This document shows, one piece after another, positions 58,685-64,000 of a stretch of DNA of 64,000 bases. Every line of letters begins with the position of its first letter. Positions within the stretch are counted from its first letter, which is position 1. The notes beneath the pieces were generated by a model. It did not search any database. It had not been told where the DNA came from and saw only the letters and a program-made list of their open reading frames with translations. The translations under genes were made by a program, and so were the position numbers. The stretch is from assembly GCA_963716665.1 (NCBI GenBank), contig CAVQTY010000006.1, positions 2,036-66,035 on the forward strand, in the 5' to 3' direction. The stretch is from Ilumatobacteraceae bacterium. Its GTDB lineage: Bacteria > Actinomycetota > Acidimicrobiia > Acidimicrobiales > Ilumatobacteraceae.

Positions 58685-59869
58685 TCAGACGATGCGGTCG
58701 GCGAACTCGCCAGTCGCCGGGTCCTTGAGGATCAGCTTGCGGCGGCCGTCGGGGAGGTGCTCCTCCTTGATCACCGTCAGCCCGTCCTCGGTGCGGGCCG
58801 GGCGGCTGATCCGCGGCGTCACGCCGCCGCGCCAGTCGAGCTCGACCGGCTCCCAGGTCCGGCTCACCGCCGACCGGAAGCAGGCATCCATCACGGCGTT
58901 GACGACGTAGCCGTCGTAGAACGTCTCAACCGACTGGCGGCCATCGTCGATGGCGTCGAACATGTCGGCGAACATGTCGACGTAGCCGAGCTCGGCGACC
59001 TCGTCGCCGACCGGGAAGATCCAGCCACTCTCCGTCTCCGCCTTCTCGGCGACGTAGCCGCCCTGGCCGGTCGAGAACATCTCGAAGCCGGTGCGCAGGA
59101 AGTGGTTGGTCCAGATCGTCCCGTCCGTGCCGGCGACCTCGTCGCGCAGGTCCATGCCGCCACGGAACGTCCAGCTGACCTCGAACTGGCCGATCGCCCC
59201 GCTCTCGAACTTGACGAGGGCGATGGCGTTGTCCTCGGCCTCGATCGGGTGGACCAGCGTGTCCCGCCAGCACATCACCTCGACGGGGCGGTTGCCCTTG
59301 CCGACGTAGCTGCGGATGATCTCGATGCAGTGGCAGCCGAGGTCGACGATGCAACCGCCACCGGCCTTGCCGGCATCCCAGAACCAGGCGCTGTGCGGCC
59401 CCGGGTGGGTCTCCCGACTGCGCACCCACAACACGTCACCGATCGCCCCGGCGCGCACCGACGCCAACGCCTTCAACGTCTTCGGGGTGTAGACGAGGTC
59501 CTCCAGGTAACCGGCGAAGACTCCGGCCGACTCGACGAGATCGAGGATCCGCTTGGCCTCCTCGGCCGTGCGGGCGAGCGGTTTGGTGCACAGCACCGCC
59601 TTGCCGGCGGCCGCCGCCGCGGCGATCGCCTCCTCGTGCATGTCGTTGGGCAGGCCGACGACAACGGTGTCGATGCCAGGGTCGTTGACGGCGTCGTCGA
59701 TGCTGGTCGTCGCCCGCGGCACGCCCCATCGTTCCTTGAACGCTTCGCCGCGCTCGACCGAGCGCGAGTAGACGACCTCGACACGGTCGCGGCCGCGCCG
59801 GCCGTGCAGCGTCATCGTGTAGAAGTCGCCGATCAGCCCGGTGCCGAGCATGGCGACGCGATGGTCCAT
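58685..59869 (-). CDS. Gfo/Idh/MocA family oxidoreductase
   Basis: [29 protein letters not shown]. Confidence 0.9.
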   Translation of the reverse strand: MDHRVAMLGTGLIGDFYTMTLHGRRGRDRVEVVYSRSVERGEAFKERWGVPRATTSIDDAVNDPGIDTVVVGLPNDMHEEAIAAAAAAGKAVLCTKPLARTAEEAKRILDLVESAGVFAGYLEDLVYTPKTLKALASVRAGAIGDVLWVRSRETHPGPHSAWFWDAGKAGGGCIVDLGCHCIEIIRSYVGKGNRPVEVMCWRDTLVHPIEAEDNAIALVKFESGAIGQFEVSWTFRGGMDLRDEVAGTDGTIWTNHFLRTGFEMFSTGQGGYVAEKAETESGWIFPVGDEVAELGYVDMFADMFDAIDDGRQSVETFYDGYVVNAVMDACFRSAVSRTWEPVELDWRGGVTPRISRPARTEDGLTVIKEEHLPDGRRKLILKDPATGEFADRIV

Positions 59870-59950
59870 GGTCGAGACAGTAGGAGTCCTCCGTGTCCTT
59901 GGTCGATTCGCCGCCACTAACGACGCCGATCGAACCAAGAACAGGGACGT

Positions 59951-60476
59951 TCACCGGGTCGCTGTCGGGTAGCCACGGCGCGACGTGAGCCGGAACAGCC
60001 CGCTCAGCGCGCTGTAGATCAAGTAGCACAGGCCGACAGCAATCGTGCCGAGCACGATTCCGACGGCGTTGGCGCGCACGTCGCTGGCTTCGACCGCCCT
60101 GGTGTCGGACCACCGACCCTGGGCGGCTTCGACCACGAGGCTGGCTGCGAACACTGCAGCGGCGCCGAGCACGAGGCCACGCCACGACCACACGGCGAGG
60201 CCGACCAACCCGACGGCGACCGCCCACACGGCAATGTGGACGATGGCGTCACTCTCGGGCAGCCGGGGATCGGACAGCACCTCGGCGGCTCGGTCGCCGG
60301 CGTCGATGCGGGCGAACAAGCGACGGATGAAGTCGCCGCCCACCCGCCGCAAGGCACCAGGAGCGCGGTCCGACAGCATCAGCAGGGCGTTGAACAACAG
60401 CACCGCGGCACCGAACACGGCGAAAGCCGGCGCGCAGCCACACCGGCGGACGGTGAACGGGAGACGCCATCGGCAT
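59951..60476 (-). CDS. VanZ-like membrane protein (5' frameshift)
   Basis: DAIVHIAVW...VVEAAQ...RAVEASDVRANAVG. Confidence 0.7.
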
Positions 60477-60539
60477 GATCCTGGCCTGCCAGCAGTCGAC
60501 GGACGATAGCGCTACGGCCGCCCAGATCGGAGAGGGCGA

Positions 60540-61932
60540 TCAGTCGGCGGTCATCCGCCACGGGCTCCAGCCGCCAGAGCGCTGGTACAGGGTGTAGGCG
60601 GCGGTGGCGTTCGCGTGCGGGTCGTAGAGGTCTTCGGCGGAGTTGATGCCGAGCTCGGCGAGCCAGCTGGCGTGGACGTCGTAGTAGATCTGGAACAGCC
60701 CCGAGCAGCAGTGGTTCTGCGCCCGCGGGTTGTAGCCGCTCTCCCGCCAGGCGATGCGCAGCGCCTGCTCTTCGAGGTCGTCAGGCCACACGTCGCGGAT
60801 GATCTGTTCGATCTCGCCCGGCGCCGGGGGTGCCGGCGGCACGGTCGTGTCCTCCTCCGGTGCCGTGGTCGCCGGGGCATCGGTCGTGGCCGGTGCCGCA
60901 GTCGTGGGTGGCTCGGTCGTCGCCGGTGCGGCAGTCGTCGGTGCGGCGGTGGTCGGTGCGACCGTCGGCGATGCGCTCGGTCCGCTCGCCCCGGCCGGCA
61001 GGCACACCACCGAGCCCGGGAACAGCGGCGTGTCGGAGGTGGCGTCGTTGAGCTCGAGCAGCTCGTCGAGCTGGAGCCCGGCGGCGTCGGCGATGCGCAA
61101 CCAGTAGTCGCCGGCGACCGACTCGTACTCGTTGGCGCACGCTTCCGCCACCTGTGCCGTCGGCGCTGCGGGCGTCGCCCCGCCGGCGGTCGACTGGTCG
61201 TCGCGAAGCGTGGCGAAGCCGGAAGGGACCGCCGCCCCGTCAGGCAGGCAGACCGTGCTGCCGGGGTAGATCGGGGTCTCGGCGGTCGCCTCGTTGACAT
61301 CGAGCAGGGAGTCGAGCGACGCCCCGCTGCCCTCGGCGATGCGCAGCCAGTAGTCGCCCGCCGCGGCGGTGTACTGGTTGGCGCAGTCGGGCGACGCGCT
61401 CGAGCGCTTGCGGCGCCGGCGCCTCGGTTTCCTCGCTCGCCGAGTCGTCCTCGGTCGCCTCCTCGTCGAGGTCGGTGGCGTTGTCGCCGCCGTTCGTGTC
61501 ACCGGAGAGGTCAGCGTCGACTGCCCCCGTGACGACGACCACGTCGGCGGCGGCGGTAACCGGGGTGGCGACCGTCGAAGCGGTCGTCGTCGATTGTTCG
61601 TCGACCGCCCGCAGCTCGTCCCCGCTGCCCTTGTTGCCGAGGGCGCCGAACAATGGAACGGCCAGCACGACGGCGAGGGCGACGGCGCCGACACTCAGCA
61701 CCCGGGGATCGACGGAGCCGAGTGGGCCGAGTCGATTGGTGAGCGGCCGCGACGGCTCGATCCACATCGACGAGCCGTCGTCGAGCGGTTCAAGGCGGTC
61801 GTCGCGTTCCACGACATGGTGTGTGCGGGTGCGCTCGGCGGACCGGCCGCGAACCCGTTCGAGCTGAGAGGTGCGGTCGGGATCGGCGCTCGGCCCGTCC
61901 CAGAATGCGTCGTCGTCGAAGTAGTTGCTCAT
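60540..61932 (-). CDS. Membrane-anchored LysM x2 plus lytic transglycosylase (SLT/Rpf-like) protein (frameshift near 61400)
   Basis: One TM segment; two LysM domains (GDYWLRIA...LN...PG..VCLP); Pro/Thr linker; IAWRESGYNP...SGLFQI. Confidence 0.85.
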
Positions 61933-62104
61933 TGGGTGCTGCTCGTTGGGGCGCTCGCCGGGCGCCGACAGGTGCCCCGGTCTAGCACGGGCCGTCATCA
62001 GATCGCAACATTGGTGAAGAAATGGAAATCTTCGACACCGGTACGACATTGGCGATCGCACGCCAGGCGACGGCAGCGCAGCCGATACGATCGGGCGGAC
62101 ATTC

Positions 62105-62195
62105 GGAGAGGTGGCGGAGTCCGGTCGAACGCGCCTCCCTGCTAAGGAGGTGACCGCCGCAAGGTGGTCCGTGGGTTCAAATCCCACCCTCTCCG
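62105..62195 (+). tRNA. tRNA-Ser(GCT)
   Basis: GGAGAGG/CCTCTCC acceptor stem, CCTCC-CT-GCT-AA-GGAGG anticodon arm, long variable arm, GGTTCAAATCC T-loop. Confidence 0.96.
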
Positions 62196-62208
62196 CTCGA
62201 TCCCTGCG

Positions 62209-62256
62209 ACCGATGGGTGTTCTCATGACGGTTCGGTCAGGAAAACACCCATCGGT
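62209..62256. repeat. 48-bp REP-like palindrome downstream of tRNA-Ser
   Basis: ACCGATGGGTGTT...AACACCCATCGGT; same arms and same length as 37377-37424. Confidence 0.8.
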
Positions 62257-62296
62257 TGGCGGGCGGGTTGGTCTGGCGGTGGGTGCAGCGGCCACG

Positions 62297-63835
62297 ATGT
62301 GCGTCATGGCGCCGTCGCCCTCAGCCGCCTCGCCGATCGGACCCGAAGCCGTCGATGCCCACGCCATCATCCCGGCGCCGGCCTCCTACGTGTCGCTGCC
62401 CGACGAGACCTTCGACCTGACGGCGACAAGCCGCATCGTCGTCGTCGGCGACGATCCCGCCGTGCCACCGGTCGCCGAGCGCTTCGCCGCGTGGCTACGC
62501 CGGCCGACCGGCTTTGCCGTACCTGTCGGAAGTGACGATGCCACCGAGGGAGACATCGTCATCACCGTCGCGTCGTCCGCCGATCAGGGCGCCGAGGGGT
62601 ACACCCTTCGAGTCGACTCGACGGGAGTGCGCATCGCTGCGGCCGCCCCGGCCGGCGTGTTCCGTGCTCTCACCACGCTGCGCCAGATGCTTCCCGCCGC
62701 GGCCGAGGCGACCGACGTCCAGCCCGGACCGTGGAAGGTCACGGGCGCCGACATCAACGACCGGCCGCGCTTCGAGCACCGGGGGACGATGCTCGACGTC
62801 GCCCGCCACTTCTTCGGCGTCGACGACGTGCTCCACCACATCGACCTGATCTCGCTGTACAAGGTCAACGTCCTCCACCTCCACCTCACCGACGACCAGG
62901 GCTGGCGCCTGACCGTTCCCGGTTGGCCGCTCCTCACCGAGGTCGGCGGATCGAGCGACATCGACGCCGGCGCCGGCGGCTACTACACCCGCGAGGACTA
63001 CGCCCGCATCGTCGCCTACGCCGCCGAGCACTTCATCGAGGTCGTTCCCGAGATCGACGGCCCCGGCCATGCGTCGGCCGCCCTGATCTCCTATCCGGAG
63101 TTGAACTGCGACGGCACGGCGCCCCCGCCGTTCCACCACGGCGGGATCTCCGAGGTCACGCTGTGCGCGTCCGCCGACTCGACCTACGACTTCCTCGGCG
63201 ACGTGTTCGACGCGCTGGCCGCCGAGCCGGGGCGCTTCATCCACATCGGTGGTGATGAGGCGATCGGCACACCGCATGACGACTTCATGCAGTTCGTCCC
63301 CCGCGCCGCCGGACTGGTTGTCGAACGCGGTCGCACCCCCGTGATGTGGCACGAGGCGGCACAGGCGGCGCTGCCACCGGGAAGCGTCGTGCAGTACTGG
63401 GGGGTCGGTCAGGAGGAGGCCACCGGGTTGGCGCGGCGTGCCGTCGATCAGGGCGCCCGGCTGATCCTGTCGCCGGGCAACCATGCCTACCTCGACATGA
63501 AGTACGACGACGAGACACCTCTCGGTCTGGAGTGGGCGGGCCACGTACCCGTCAGCGCGTCGTACCGGTGGGAGCCGGCGACATTGATCGAGGGCGTCGC
63601 CGAGGACTCGATCCTCGGCGTCGAGTCGGCATTGTGGTCGGAAACGACCGCCGACCGGGCGGCTGTCGAGTACCTGGCCTTCCCGCGTCTCGCCGGGATC
63701 GCCGAGATCGGCTGGTCGCCGGCGGAGGCGCTGGTGTGGGACGACTACCGCCTGCGCCTGGCCGCCCAGGCCCCGCGGTGGGACACGCTCGGCGTCAACT
63801 TCTACCGCTCCCCGGAGGTTCCCTGGCCAGAGTGA
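62297..63835 (+). CDS. Beta-N-acetylhexosaminidase (GH20); start uncertain
   Basis: RGTMLDVARHF, LHLHLTDDQGWR, PEIDGPGH, IHIGGDE, GVESALWSE, FPRL. Confidence 0.95.
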   Translation: MCVMAPSPSAASPIGPEAVDAHAIIPAPASYVSLPDETFDLTATSRIVVVGDDPAVPPVAERFAAWLRRPTGFAVPVGSDDATEGDIVITVASSADQGAEGYTLRVDSTGVRIAAAAPAGVFRALTTLRQMLPAAAEATDVQPGPWKVTGADINDRPRFEHRGTMLDVARHFFGVDDVLHHIDLISLYKVNVLHLHLTDDQGWRLTVPGWPLLTEVGGSSDIDAGAGGYYTREDYARIVAYAAEHFIEVVPEIDGPGHASAALISYPELNCDGTAPPPFHHGGISEVTLCASADSTYDFLGDVFDALAAEPGRFIHIGGDEAIGTPHDDFMQFVPRAAGLVVERGRTPVMWHEAAQAALPPGSVVQYWGVGQEEATGLARRAVDQGARLILSPGNHAYLDMKYDDETPLGLEWAGHVPVSASYRWEPATLIEGVAEDSILGVESALWSETTADRAAVEYLAFPRLAGIAEIGWSPAEALVWDDYRLRLAAQAPRWDTLGVNFYRSPEVPWPE

Positions 63836-64000
63836 TCGTCTCGTAGAGCGGTCGGAACCCCGCGCGCTCGAGGTTGCGCTCCGACGCATTGGCGGGGACG
63901 GTGGAGGACGCAGCGAGGTCGCATCCGACATCCGCTGCGAGGCGCAGGCGGTGGGTGATGAGGGCGGCCTGCACACCGCGGCGGCGCTCGGACGTCAGTG
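63795..64000 (-). CDS. GNAT acetyltransferase, 3' part only
   Basis: Minus-strand frame reads ERRRGVQAALITHRL...ASERNLERAGF, with a stop at 63795. Confidence 0.75.
   Translation of the reverse strand, partial: LTSERRRGVQAALITHRLRLAADVGCDLAASSTVPANASERNLERAGFRPLYETITLAREPPGSGRS

Noticed and set aside
61933-62104. c-di-AMP riboswitch upstream of the LysM/SLT gene (as for Streptomyces rpfA)
   Set aside because: No GGGGAACC or CAGCTAAC motifs found on the minus strand.
62105-62296. tRNA-Ser as an integration site, and a GH20 start at 62111
   Set aside because: No integrase or att duplication nearby; the extended ORF start overlaps the tRNA and REP element.

Overview
High-GC actinobacterial DNA. 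Gene content and the Ser/Thr/Pro-rich secreted proteins suggest Acidimicrobiia (Ilumatobacter-like); this is an inference. Many genes carry 1-bp frameshifts, consistent with an unpolished long-read assembly. Positions 1-7855 are the end of an integrative mobilizable element inserted at tRNA-Arg(ACG), with a MOBF relaxase-helicase, excisionase-like HTH, vapBC and a tyrosine integrase. Most of the rest is carbohydrate uptake and catabolism: (i) an SDR/MetE-like/MBL/DeoC/ROK/GntR/SIS cluster, (ii) a ROK-regulated ABC transporter with Gfo/Idh/MocA and TIM-barrel enzymes, (iii) a LacI-regulated ABC operon with G1PDH-like and LLM enzymes, and (iv) a GH172/fucose-isomerase/FGGY/ABC/beta-propeller glycosidase locus. 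Also present are a DUF4331 operon, a WXG100-type polymorphic WHH nuclease toxin with three candidate immunity genes, two back-to-back vapBC pairs, a LAL regulator, a LysM-SLT protein, tRNA-Ser(GCT) and a GH20. The best candidates for novelty are a c-di-AMP-riboswitch-like leader that sequesters the RBS of the toxin operon, a MetE-like enzyme embedded in a sugar catabolic regulon, a possible D-arabinan utilisation locus, solute-binding proteins lacking a lipobox, and a small REP-like repeat family. No CRISPR array or rRNA gene was seen. All family calls come from recognising motifs by eye; no database searches were run.
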